Source of the DNA: Thermodesulfobacteriota bacterium
Lineage (GTDB): Bacteria > Desulfobacterota > Desulfobacteria > Desulfobacterales > C00003060
Direction: 5' to 3'
Assembly: GCA_034189385.1 (NCBI GenBank)
Contig: JAXHVD010000032.1
Coordinates: forward strand, 1 to 29,526
Length of the DNA stretch: 29,526 nucleotides
Shown here: positions 1-10,102 of the stretch, piece by piece
How positions within the stretch are numbered: the stretch's first letter is position 1
Layout of the letters: each line of letters begins with the position of its first letter
Notes under the pieces: model-generated
What the model saw: the letters and a program-made list of their open reading frames with translations, nothing else
The model's database searches: none
Told to the model about the DNA's origin: nothing
Position numbers and translations under genes: made by a program

Positions 1-104
1 CCGAGAACCATGAAGACCATCACAGCCCAGGTAAACACAATGGTTGCATTTACGACAATCGGTCCCCACCTGAAGAGAACCAGGTCATCAGGGCTAATAC
101 GCAT
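1..104 (-). CDS. atpB: F0 subunit a of N-type ATPase, 5' part (runs off window edge)
   Basis: Manual translation from ATG at 104: MRISPDDLVLFRWGPIVVNATIVFTWAVMVFMVL..., a typical N-ATPase subunit a N-terminus; follows atpR; GAGG SD upstream. Confidence 0.85.
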   Translation of the reverse strand, partial: MRISPDDLVLFRWGPIVVNATIVFTWAVMVFMVL

Positions 105-217
105 ATTTTAAGACCTCACTTCCCGATCTTCTGAATCCATCGCCTTTCGAGCCACTTCCCATGACGATTCATCGGCAATTACTGTGTCCAAAGCCTATAT
201 CTGGAAGCCAAGGGATC

Positions 218-550
218 TCAGCCCCGGGTTCTAACATCCAGACTTCTCCCTGCAGGCTCAGAGTGCGACTTGAGGCCGCTTCTATCCGGACCCCAACGCC
301 TTACGAGCACCGTCCGAACGCCGATAAAGGCAATCAAGCTCACTATCAGCCGTTCCCAGCGGCCTCCCATGACAAAATAGAAGCCCGCCAACACCACGGC
401 TGAGCGCCCAAAGAGGCTAAGAAGACTTAACCGGAGCGGTCGCCGCGCCGTGGGGAGCTTTCGAACCGTTAGCCACAACCCGTAAAAGTAAAATACGCCA
501 AGCCCAATGCCCGCCAGAAAACAAAGTCCTAGGGGAAGCCATTCAGTCAC
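218..550 (-). CDS. atpR: N-ATPase accessory membrane subunit AtpR
   Basis: Hydrophobic protein with GxFYFYGLWLTVR...SLFGR motif; position between atpQ and atpB; GTG start at 550 chosen from GGGGGA SD, overlapping the atpQ stop. Confidence 0.85.
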   Translation of the reverse strand: MTEWLPLGLCFLAGIGLGVFYFYGLWLTVRKLPTARRPLRLSLLSLFGRSAVVLAGFYFVMGGRWERLIVSLIAFIGVRTVLVRRWGPDRSGLKSHSEPAGRSLDVRTRG

Positions 551-876
551 ATTCACGTCCCCCTTCTTCCTCCTCAATCGCGTCTCGCTCTCGGATCACC
601 CAGAACCAGGCATTCAGGCAACCGAGCCCAATGCCAATGATGAGGAGCATCAAGGTCCAGGAATACCGGCTTGGCCATCGCAGGTCTATCCAGACACCAA
701 GGGCCACGCCAATCAGCGTGGGGATGGCGACAGACCACCCGACCAAGCCAAACATGCCCAACCCGAACCAAACAGAGCCTTCTTTCCGTTGCCGGGCCCT
801 CATCTTTCTGGCCTCTTTGGTCTTCACTTTACGGCACAGTTCCTTTCGGACGTCTTCTTCTCTTCGTTGGTGGCCG

Positions 877-884
<8 letters not shown>
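543..884 (-). CDS. atpQ: N-ATPase AtpQ (AtpZ/AtpI-like, ATPase gene 1 family)
   Basis: VWFGLGMFGLVGWSVAIPTLIGVALGVWID...GCLNAWFWV signature; operon position. Confidence 0.9.
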
Positions 885-2648
<1,764 letters not shown>

Positions 2649-2720
2649 TCATCTTTGGCGCGCTATTCAAAAGAGGTCTCTTCAGAAAATCAGAGCACTA
2701 TACACAGACCGGCACGCCTC

Positions 2721-3728
2721 TTATGAATAGTCGTGTTCATCCTGCATACTGCCTACCAGTTCCTCGAGTATATTTTCCAGAGTGATGAGACCTGTCACTT
2801 TACCCTTTGGGTCCAGTACGACCGCTTGATGGAGTTTTTTAGCCTGAAAGCCTCGCAATTGGGCATCGATCGTCTTGTCAGCCGGCACAAAATAGGCAGG
2901 CCGTAGAATCTTCTTGACAGAAACCGACTGCTTGCTTTCTATGGCCCTGAACACATCTTTGGCGTGCACAAAACCCATGACGTCTGAACCCCTTCCTTCC
3001 CTAACGGGAAACCGTGTATGCCCCGTTTTAACGATCATTTTGGTCAGATCATCCATGGAAGCATCTATGTCCAGGACGGTCATTTTCTCTTTGGGGACCA
3101 TGACCTCTTCTAGCGTCTTATCATTCAGGGTAAAAACCCGACCAAGCATTTTCCTTTCCTCTGCTGAAATAGCACCTTCATCCCAGCCCATCTTGATGCA
3201 GGTCTTGATCTCGTCTTCGGTCATAAGCGGGTTCTTCATCTTGGACACATCCACTCCCAGCAGCAATAAGATCTTGTTGGTGACGTAGGTAATCGAGACC
3301 ACCACTGGATTGGAGAACACCGTAATACCTTTGAGGAGGGGAGCCGTAAGAAAAGAAACCCGTTCATTGTAGTATTTCGCATACACTTTGGGGGTAATCT
3401 CGGCAAAGACCAGAATCGCCAGGGTGAGCAACCCTGTCACATAGATAATACCCTTTTCACCCCAAAAAGAGATGGCGAAGGCCGTGGCAAGGGCTGACAT
3501 GCCCACGTTCACCAGATTATTTCCTAACAAGATGGTGCCGATCAGGCGTTCCGGCTCCTTTAGTATGCGTTCTACCAGTTTGGCTCTAAGAGGCTTGGTC
3601 TCGGCAAGGTGCCTCAGACGCAGCCTGCTGATGGCCATGAGGGCTGTCTCAGACCCCGAGAAAAAAGCGGAACAGCCCAGCAACGCAATAAGTAAAACAA
3701 GCATTATAACGGGGTTGGTTAGTATCAT
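2721..3728 (-). CDS. CNNM/DUF21 + CBS-pair protein (HlyC/CorC family, putative Mg2+/Co2+ transport); no C-terminal CorC domain visible
   Basis: SAFFSGSETAL, ILLGNNLVN, FAEITPK, GHTRFPV, GLITLENILEELVG. Confidence 0.9.
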   Translation of the reverse strand: MILTNPVIMLVLLIALLGCSAFFSGSETALMAISRLRLRHLAETKPLRAKLVERILKEPERLIGTILLGNNLVNVGMSALATAFAISFWGEKGIIYVTGLLTLAILVFAEITPKVYAKYYNERVSFLTAPLLKGITVFSNPVVVSITYVTNKILLLLGVDVSKMKNPLMTEDEIKTCIKMGWDEGAISAEERKMLGRVFTLNDKTLEEVMVPKEKMTVLDIDASMDDLTKMIVKTGHTRFPVREGRGSDVMGFVHAKDVFRAIESKQSVSVKKILRPAYFVPADKTIDAQLRGFQAKKLHQAVVLDPKGKVTGLITLENILEELVGSMQDEHDYS

Positions 3729-3851
3729 CGCGCGATACTCCTATCATGACTCGGCCACTTCTGTCTGGCTCAAGGCTTGGGACACTATGCCTGTATCCCG
3801 GGATCCCGGCCACGGAATGCCTCCGCGAAATGTGACGGTGGTGCAGGTCCA

Positions 3852-5102
3852 TCAGTGCTTGGTCTTGGCCTTCTTGTCCCAGACCTCAATGAGATAGTCC
3901 TTTTGCTCTTCAAAGACTTGGGCCTGCTTTTCCACCACCTCTTCAGCCTCGCTAGAACTCATCTTTTTTGTCTGGTTGATGAAGGAGGCCACGCGGCCAA
4001 GATAGAGAGGGGTGACCACGTTCACCAGCTGCGTGCGATTGTACGTCCACTGGTGAAAGGTAGCAGCAATCTCATAGAGGGCCATGACCCAAGTCTTTTC
4101 CGGCATAACAAACTTGGTTTTGGATTTACCTGCACACTTCTTCAGTTCCTCATAGCATTGGGGGCAGAATACATCCCTGTAGAGCCCTTTGAATTGCCTG
4201 AAACCGGTCTTGTACTCCTTTACTAATGTTTCAAGATTGACCTGAATAGGCTCGGGCTCCATCAATTCCTCAAGCCCAAATACCGGCACGGTCCGGCTTC
4301 CCCGCACAGACTGCCATGCCTCCTCATTTTCTTCCATGAGCACAAAGAGGGTATGAACTACCTGGCGAAACATGGGGCCCAAGGACTCGGCAGGGTCTTT
4401 GGCGTCGTGGATCTTCACACCCAGATTGGACTGACAAATCTTGAAGTTGTGCGTGATGGCATGGGTCGTCATCCACACATCAATGCCGTATCGGGCCACA
4501 TCTGTCTCCCACACATCCTGTTCAATGTAGTGGCGTGCCAGCTCCCCTGCAAAGGCGAAGTCCCCGCCAATGGGCTGACGGATGCGCAGGCCGTAAAGGG
4601 CCCGGGTTAGGTTGTAGACAATGTTGTTTGTAATGGTCCCATCGTATTTGTACCGGGAATAAATGGGCGACACATACTCATAGTCCATTTCCAGGATCGG
4701 CTCCAGCAGGTACTTGACCCAGTCGCCGGTGATGGAGCGAAGATCCGAGTCAACCACCATGCACGCCTTCACCTTGAGGCGCTTGGCCGCTTCAAAGATG
4801 GACCGAAAGGCCGAGCCCTTGCCTCCAGGCCCTCGGTAGATAGAAACGAGCTTCTCCTGCCATGGCTTTATCTGAAACTCCTTGGCCACTTCGCGCGTGT
4901 CATCGGTGGAACCACCGTCTGCCACCATGATGACAGAGCGCATATCCCTGTAGTGTTTGTGTAGGCCGTGCGTGACCATCTGGACCACATGCTCGATCGT
5001 CTCCTGATTGTTATAACAGGGTATCCCCACTAGGATGTCCGCACGCTCTATTTCTTCGACCCTTTTTGCAGTATAGGCCCTAAGGCCCGTGTAATAGCGC
5101 AT
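3852..5102 (-). CDS. GT-A glycosyltransferase, glucosylglycerate/mannosylglycerate synthase-like
   Basis: ADILVGIPCYNN, DGGSTDDT, GKGSAF, DSDLRSI, RYKYDGTITN, IRQPIGGDF, YGIDVWMT, KIHDAKDP; start moved to ATG 5102 (GAGGAG SD). Confidence 0.8.
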   Translation of the reverse strand: MRYYTGLRAYTAKRVEEIERADILVGIPCYNNQETIEHVVQMVTHGLHKHYRDMRSVIMVADGGSTDDTREVAKEFQIKPWQEKLVSIYRGPGGKGSAFRSIFEAAKRLKVKACMVVDSDLRSITGDWVKYLLEPILEMDYEYVSPIYSRYKYDGTITNNIVYNLTRALYGLRIRQPIGGDFAFAGELARHYIEQDVWETDVARYGIDVWMTTHAITHNFKICQSNLGVKIHDAKDPAESLGPMFRQVVHTLFVLMEENEEAWQSVRGSRTVPVFGLEELMEPEPIQVNLETLVKEYKTGFRQFKGLYRDVFCPQCYEELKKCAGKSKTKFVMPEKTWVMALYEIAATFHQWTYNRTQLVNVVTPLYLGRVASFINQTKKMSSSEAEEVVEKQAQVFEEQKDYLIEVWDKKAKTKH

Positions 5103-5239
5103 GATTTCTCTACTCCTCAGTAGAATAGACCGGCCAGGAAGAGACACGGAACAGTGCTATGAGAAAAACCGCAGCCTCGACAAAAAAACCGCCTTATTAC
5201 AGGGAGTCGCCTCGATTTTCAACATGGAACAACGCCTCA

Positions 5240-5336
5240 ACGATTTCTTTTCTGCCATTTCCTCAAGGACCCCAATTATCAGCACCTCTTTGCCGAAGAA
5301 GTCCAGCAATCGGTCACCGGCATCTTTGTCCTTTAC
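5240..5336 (-). pseudogene. Remnant of the small paralog family at 8798-9674
   Basis: Translates *VKDKDAGDRLLDFFGKEVLIIGVLEE..., similar to VEPDSMGKELLGLVRQEIEVIGVLRR; no start codon. Confidence 0.45.
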
Positions 5337-5596
5337 TCAAGTTTCGCACCCTTGTCAACCGTTTGAAATAACGGCTAAGAGTGTGCTGAGGTTTCTAGAA
5401 AACGGAAGAACCATGGTTTGGACCCTTTTGATGCAATGGGAGCCTCGGGAGTGGGAAATCCGCTTCTCTTCGGCCTCCAATGCCCTTAATCTCTCACTCC
5501 CTCTGTTGCACACCCCCGGGGATACAAGTCTTGACAGACCGACTCCTAGTGGAAACGAGCGGTGCGCCTTTTTTGAAGCCGCAGGCGCAAACTTGA

Positions 5597-5625
5597 ATGA
5601 CACAGAATAGATTTTCTGTTATAAT
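5597..5625 (+). promoter_or_regulatory. sigma70-type promoter upstream of pgk with inverted repeat in spacer
   Basis: ATGACA-N17-TATAAT with TG extended -10; ACAGAA-N6-TTCTGT at 5602-5619. Confidence 0.55.
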
Positions 5626-5640
5626 ATAACTATCTTAAGT

Positions 5641-5874
5641 TTGACGGTTTCGTAAGGAGCTCCTCGCCAACCACATTGCGCCTTTTTGGGAAAAGGGCAC
5701 TTCGGATGTTCGGTGTCAAGAAATGTCCCCAGTATCATCGGGAGCTGAGGGCCTTGGCCCGAGTTCTGGTCCCCACGAATCGGGGAAGATTGCACGTGCG
5801 CCCATCTCTTTTCAAGCCCACAGGCGCAAGGGCGGACGGAGAAAGCTGCAAGCCCTTTTTGCTACTCCATCCAA
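5641..5874 (+). repeat. Degenerate TIR-bounded non-autonomous repeat (MITE-like), family shared with 8492 and 9171
   Basis: Left end TTGACGGTTTCGTAAGGAG resembles TTGACGGCTTCGTAAAAAG (9171); right end CTTTTTGCTACTCCATCCAA; CCACATTG about 30 bp inside, as in the reversed 8492 copy. Confidence 0.5.
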
Positions 5875-5950
5875 TAAGAGCTGCGTCCAACATTCAGAGA
5901 GTTGAACCTTTGTGAACCCTTTTTCTGGCTTCAGGCCTTGGAGGTGAATC

Positions 5951-7156
5951 ATGACAGTGAAAAGCATTGAGGAAATCGACCTGAAAGGAAAAAGAGTTTT
6001 TGTCCGCGTGGATTTCAACGTCCCCTTGGATGAGGAAGGAAACATCCTCGATGATACCCGAATTCGCAGTGTCCTACCGACCCTGAACTTTGCGCTCGAT
6101 GCGCGGGCAAAGGTCATTGTTGCATCACATCTTGGACGGCCCAAAGGCAAGCGGAATGAAAAATACTCTCTGCGTCCCTGTGGCGTGCGCCTTGGGCGAC
6201 TCCTTTCCAAGGAAGTTCGTATGGCGCCGGACTGTGTTGGCCCCCAGGTGGAGGCCCTTGTCAACGAAATGCAAAACGGCGATGTCCTCTTGCTGGAAAA
6301 TCTTCGCTTCCATCAAGAGGAGACCGACAATGATGCCATATTTGCCCAGGGATTGGCCCGACTGGCTGACGTTTATGTGAACGATGGATTTGCCGTGGCC
6401 CACCGGGTGAACGCATCGGTGGTTGCCATAACCGATTTTGTTGAAGCGTGTGTGATGGGCTTCTTGATGAAGAAAGAATTGAAGGCCTTTTCTCAGGTTG
6501 TAGAGAACCCACGGCGACCGCTGGTGGCAATCCTTGGTGGGGCCAAGGTGGGGGATAAGGTGGGGGCCGTCTCGCATTTCGTTGACCACGCCGACAAGGT
6601 TATCATCGGAGGAGCCATGGCCACCACGTTCCTTAAAGCCAGAGGGATAGACCCGAAAGGGTCCTTGGTGGAGGAGGACCTGGTTCCAGTAGCCAAGGAC
6701 ATTCTTGAAAAGGCCCTTAAAAAGGGGGTGAAGTTCTATCTGCCGGTGGACTGCGTGGCCGCTCAAGAGCGGAATTCGGAGTCCCCTACCCTGATACGGC
6801 CTGTTCAGGAAATCCCCGATGGGTGGATGGCTCTGGATATTGGCCCTGCATCAGTAGCCCTCTTCTCAGAAGTTATAGAAGATGCTCGAACCATCGTTTG
6901 GAATGGCCCCATGGGTCTGTATGAAATGGATTCCTTCAGCCGCGGCACCTTTGCCCTGATACGCAAAGTGGCCAGCAGTTATGCCTTTACCGTTTTAGGT
7001 GGTGGAGATTTGGATATGGCGGTCCACCGAACGGGGGAAGCAGATAACATATCTTACATATCGACTGGCGGCGGCGCATTCGTTGAGTTGCTCAGTGGCA
7101 AAACACTTCCTGCCATCCAAGCACTCATGGATTGTGGTGGCGCCGCAACAAGCTGA
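5951..7156 (+). CDS. pgk: Phosphoglycerate kinase
   Basis: RVDFNVP, SHLGRPKG, LLENLRF, ILGGAKV, WNGPMG, STGGGA; GGAGG SD. Confidence 0.97.
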   Translation: MTVKSIEEIDLKGKRVFVRVDFNVPLDEEGNILDDTRIRSVLPTLNFALDARAKVIVASHLGRPKGKRNEKYSLRPCGVRLGRLLSKEVRMAPDCVGPQVEALVNEMQNGDVLLLENLRFHQEETDNDAIFAQGLARLADVYVNDGFAVAHRVNASVVAITDFVEACVMGFLMKKELKAFSQVVENPRRPLVAILGGAKVGDKVGAVSHFVDHADKVIIGGAMATTFLKARGIDPKGSLVEEDLVPVAKDILEKALKKGVKFYLPVDCVAAQERNSESPTLIRPVQEIPDGWMALDIGPASVALFSEVIEDARTIVWNGPMGLYEMDSFSRGTFALIRKVASSYAFTVLGGGDLDMAVHRTGEADNISYISTGGGAFVELLSGKTLPAIQALMDCGGAATS

Positions 7157-7273
7157 TTGTTGGGTGACGTGCGAAAGACCAGGCATCCATGAAAAGCAGG
7201 TCACCCAAACCTTGCATACCTGTCAACCGCTTGAAATAACACCTGAAAATGTGCCAGGGCCCTGAGCGGTGCT

Positions 7274-8146
7274 TTACCAGTGGGGCTGGTTCCCGATGCG
7301 ATGGCCCATCACTTCCAGGGTGTCGGTTACCACCACAAAGGCGCCCGGATCCACCTGGCGGATGATCCGTTTGGTTCGGGCCAGCTCCCGAAAGGTGATC
7401 ACACTGTACAGGATCTGTTCTCCTTTACCGGAAAATGCCCCCTGGCCTTGAAGAATGGTGACGCCTCTTCGAACCTGCTCAAGGACCCTCCGTGAGATCT
7501 CCTCCCACTGAGAGGAAATAATGATAACGGCCTTCCTTTGGCTTAGCCCCGCGACCACCAGATTCATGACATGGGAGGTGACATACATATAGATCAACGT
7601 GTACAGCACCGGTTCCAGAGGGGAAAACATGGCTGCCAGAACCAGCACGCCGGCATTGAAGGCCAAGGTTGTCGTTCCCAGGCGGATGGAAAACCGGTTC
7701 AACAGGGTGACGGCAAGAATATCCGTCCCCCCTGCTGAGCCGACCGATCGCAGGATGATGCCCGACCCCAAGCCGCTTATGATGCCGGCAAGGAGTGCAC
7801 TCGGAACCGGATCATGGATCGTAACGGGCAGGTGAACCCATTGCAAGGCGCCGGAAAAAATAGCCATGCCTGCAACGCTGTAAAAGAAAAAGCGCCTTCC
7901 AACGAATTTCCAGCCTAATGCAAAAAGGGGCAGATTGAGCACAAGATAGAGCCCCGAAACAGGCAGGCATGGCACAAGGTAGTGGATGACCAAGGCCAGT
8001 CCGGTCACACCGCCGCTCACGAATCTATGAGGAATAAGGATCCCGTTGATGGCCGCTGCGCAGATGGCGCTGCCCAGGGTGATGAGCCCGATGTTCGGCA
8101 ACAATCGGCGCACGAAATGTGAAGTCCTTTTACTGGTGTGCCCCAT
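7274..8146 (-). CDS. YitT family membrane protein (DUF161 + DUF2179)
   Basis: SGGVTGLAL, LNLPLF, GSAGGTDIL, RGVTILQGQGAFS, IIRQVDPGAFV. Confidence 0.92.
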   Translation of the reverse strand: MGHTSKRTSHFVRRLLPNIGLITLGSAICAAAINGILIPHRFVSGGVTGLALVIHYLVPCLPVSGLYLVLNLPLFALGWKFVGRRFFFYSVAGMAIFSGALQWVHLPVTIHDPVPSALLAGIISGLGSGIILRSVGSAGGTDILAVTLLNRFSIRLGTTTLAFNAGVLVLAAMFSPLEPVLYTLIYMYVTSHVMNLVVAGLSQRKAVIIISSQWEEISRRVLEQVRRGVTILQGQGAFSGKGEQILYSVITFRELARTKRIIRQVDPGAFVVVTDTLEVMGHRIGNQPHW

Positions 8147-8198
8147 GGATTTCGCTCTTTCCGGATAACGACCTTCCTAAGGGGCCGTGCCAGGAGAT

Positions 8199-8474
8199 TT
8201 AGGCTACAGCGTCTTTAAGAACCTTGCCAGGCTTAAAAGTCACCGCATTATGGGCCTTGATGGTAATCTTTTCCCCCGTTGCCGGATTCACCCCTTTTCG
8301 GGCCTTGCGCGCCACCTTTGAGAAGGTACCGAGCCCGGGGAGAATAATCTTCCCTCCCTTTGCCTTGATGGCCTCTGCAATGCTCTCAAAAAGCGACTGA
8401 AGGGCCTTGGCTGCCTCAGCCTTTGAGACACCGGCGGCCCCTGCCATCTCGTCAATGAGTTCCGTTTTTGTCAT
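8199..8474 (-). CDS. hup: HU family DNA-binding protein
   Basis: MTKTELID...LPGLGTF...RKARKGVNPATGEKITI...FKPGKVLKDAV; AAGGAGG SD. Confidence 0.95.
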   Translation of the reverse strand: MTKTELIDEMAGAAGVSKAEAAKALQSLFESIAEAIKAKGGKIILPGLGTFSKVARKARKGVNPATGEKITIKAHNAVTFKPGKVLKDAVA

Positions 8475-8491
8475 TCTGTTTTCCTCCTTTT

Positions 8492-8691
8492 TTGATAGTC
8501 TCGTAAAAAGTCGATTTTGCTCTCTCCGTGAGCCTTCTTGGGATGCCTCACTCGGGCCCTAAACCATAAAAACTCTCCGCCGCGGCGGATCAAACAGGCT
8601 ATGATTTTTTACGCGCCCCTCGCCAGGCATCTTTTCCTCCGCCACGGCAAACTCAATGTGGTTTAGAAAAGATTCTTTTGGAGCTTGTCTT
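8492..8691. repeat. TIR-bounded MITE-like repeat directly upstream of hup
   Basis: TTGATAGTCTCGTAAAAAGTCG left end, degenerate complement GATTCTTTTGGAGCTTGTCT at 8671-8690, internal hairpin CCGCCGCGGCGG. Confidence 0.6.
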
Positions 8692-8797
8692 TTTTGCGGC
8701 CAGGATAGAGCAAGTTATCAGGGCCGCGGCTTATTACGTGCAATTCTCTCACAAGTCAACAAGATTCTTTCCGCCGGCCCCGCGTGGTCTGCCGACG

Positions 8798-9124
8798 CTA
8801 TTTGGACATGATCTCGTAGCTGGTCACGGTGAGGGATTTGTCTCCGTTGCTGTCTTCAGCCACCGCACCCATTGCCTTCACCCTCATGCCGTCCAGCTTG
8901 AACAGTTGCTTTCCAAAAGCGTTCTTAACGATTTGATAGTCCTCTCCCGTCCCAGAGAAAACTGCGGCAATGACACTTCCCTTATCGTCGTAATCCACGG
9001 CAGACACTGTTCCAATGATTGTAACCTCATCTGACTCTGTGGCCAGCACGCTGGCCGCCCATAAAAAAGAAGCGAACGCCAGCGCGCAGAACACTAAGAC
9101 TGAACACCTGCTGATCCCTTTCAT
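8798..9124 (-). CDS. Small secreted protein, predicted beta-rich (OB-fold-like)
   Basis: N-terminal signal peptide ending SVLA, GGAGG SD, similarity to 9345..9674. Confidence 0.75.
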   Translation of the reverse strand: MKGISRCSVLVFCALAFASFLWAASVLATESDEVTIIGTVSAVDYDDKGSVIAAVFSGTGEDYQIVKNAFGKQLFKLDGMRVKAMGAVAEDSNGDKSLTVTSYEIMSK

Positions 9125-9170
9125 GAGTGATGATTCCTCCTGCCTTTAATGGTTCTTCTGTGCCTTAGAC

Positions 9171-9333
9171 TTGACGGCTTCGTAAAAAGTCGAAAAATGC
9201 CCCTTTCCGTCATTCCGGCGAAAGCCTGTCGAGAGCCTCAAGGCCGAACGGCCGGAATCCAGTCTTTTCAACAACTTCTGGATGCCGGATCATGTCCGGC
9301 ATGACGATTACACGACTTTTTACCATTTCATCA
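9171..9333. repeat. Nested repeat: TIR element containing a REP-like doublet
   Basis: TGACGGCTTCGTAAAAAGTCG ... CGACTTTTTACCATTTCATCA enclosing GTCATTCCGGCGAAAGCC..GGAATCCAG / CTGGATGCCGGATCATGTCCGGCATGAC (9209-9305). Confidence 0.8.
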
Positions 9334-9344
9334 GACTTGATTGT

Positions 9345-9674
9345 CTAAAGAAGCGGAGCCTCCGTCCTTTTCTCTGCTTCCGCCTCGCCTTGCCAATCTC
9401 TTACTCCTTTCAGTCGATAACTGCTCACCCGGATTGTATTTCCACCTTTGACTCCCTTGACTCCTCTTCGCAAAACACCGATGACTTCTATCTCTTGCCT
9501 CACGAGGCCCAGAAGCTCTTTTCCCATCGAATCCGGTTCAACCAGGTACTCACGCTCACCGGGTGTTGAAATGGTGGTGGCAAGTGGATTCCCCTTCTCG
9601 TCCCACTCAATGGGGATGACAATACCCATGACTGTGATCGGTTCATTTCCGGCCTTGCCCCTTTTTCTAGCCAT
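9345..9674 (-). CDS. Small hypothetical protein, paralog of 8798..9124 without signal peptide
   Basis: EPITVMGIVIPIEWDEKGN...EYLVEPDSMGKELLGL...IRVSSY aligns by eye with DEVTIIGTVSAVDYDDKGS...DYQIVKNAFGKQLFKL...LTVTSY. Confidence 0.75.
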   Translation of the reverse strand: MARKRGKAGNEPITVMGIVIPIEWDEKGNPLATTISTPGEREYLVEPDSMGKELLGLVRQEIEVIGVLRRGVKGVKGGNTIRVSSYRLKGVRDWQGEAEAEKRTEAPLL

Positions 9675-9768
9675 CTTCTTCTCGTCTGAATCGGCCTGTC
9701 ATCAGTAACGCGTCTCACCCTGTGAGACAGGGGGGGTGCTGTCGCATATGATTTAGATCTGACGATAG

Positions 9769-9988
9769 GCAGTATCCGTGCCACAAGCGTAACCTCTTGA
9801 CATTGCGATGTTTGGCAGATTACGGGGACCTCCAATCGGAATTCCAAGTTCCGATGCCCACGGGCAAGAATGCCGGTGTTGGAATCTTCAGGAGACGGTT
9901 TGACCTTTCAACCGCTTGAAATTAGATTACGAATGGCTATGATAGAACTCTGAGTTCCGATATTTTCAAAGTGAGAACCAAGAATTCT
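9769..9988 (-). promoter_or_regulatory. sigma54 promoter 1 with IHF-like site and three enhancer palindromes
   Basis: Minus-strand TGGCAC-GGATA-CTGC (9783-9769); TGTCAAGAGGTTA (9802-9790); palindromes at 9838-9852, 9944-9958, 9974-9988. Confidence 0.8.
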
Positions 9989-10102
9989 GTTTTCCCCTTG
10001 AAAGTTTGTGGCTTTTGGTGCATTGGAGGGGACTCGGTATTTGGGAGACAGAACCAATCCACCCTTTTTGGCGGCGGCAGTAAAACGTCTCTGGAGGAAT
10101 AG

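Noticed and set aside
5101..5610. 169-aa plus-strand ORF
   Set aside because: No SD or recognisable motif; overlaps the glycosyltransferase start and is antisense to a gene remnant
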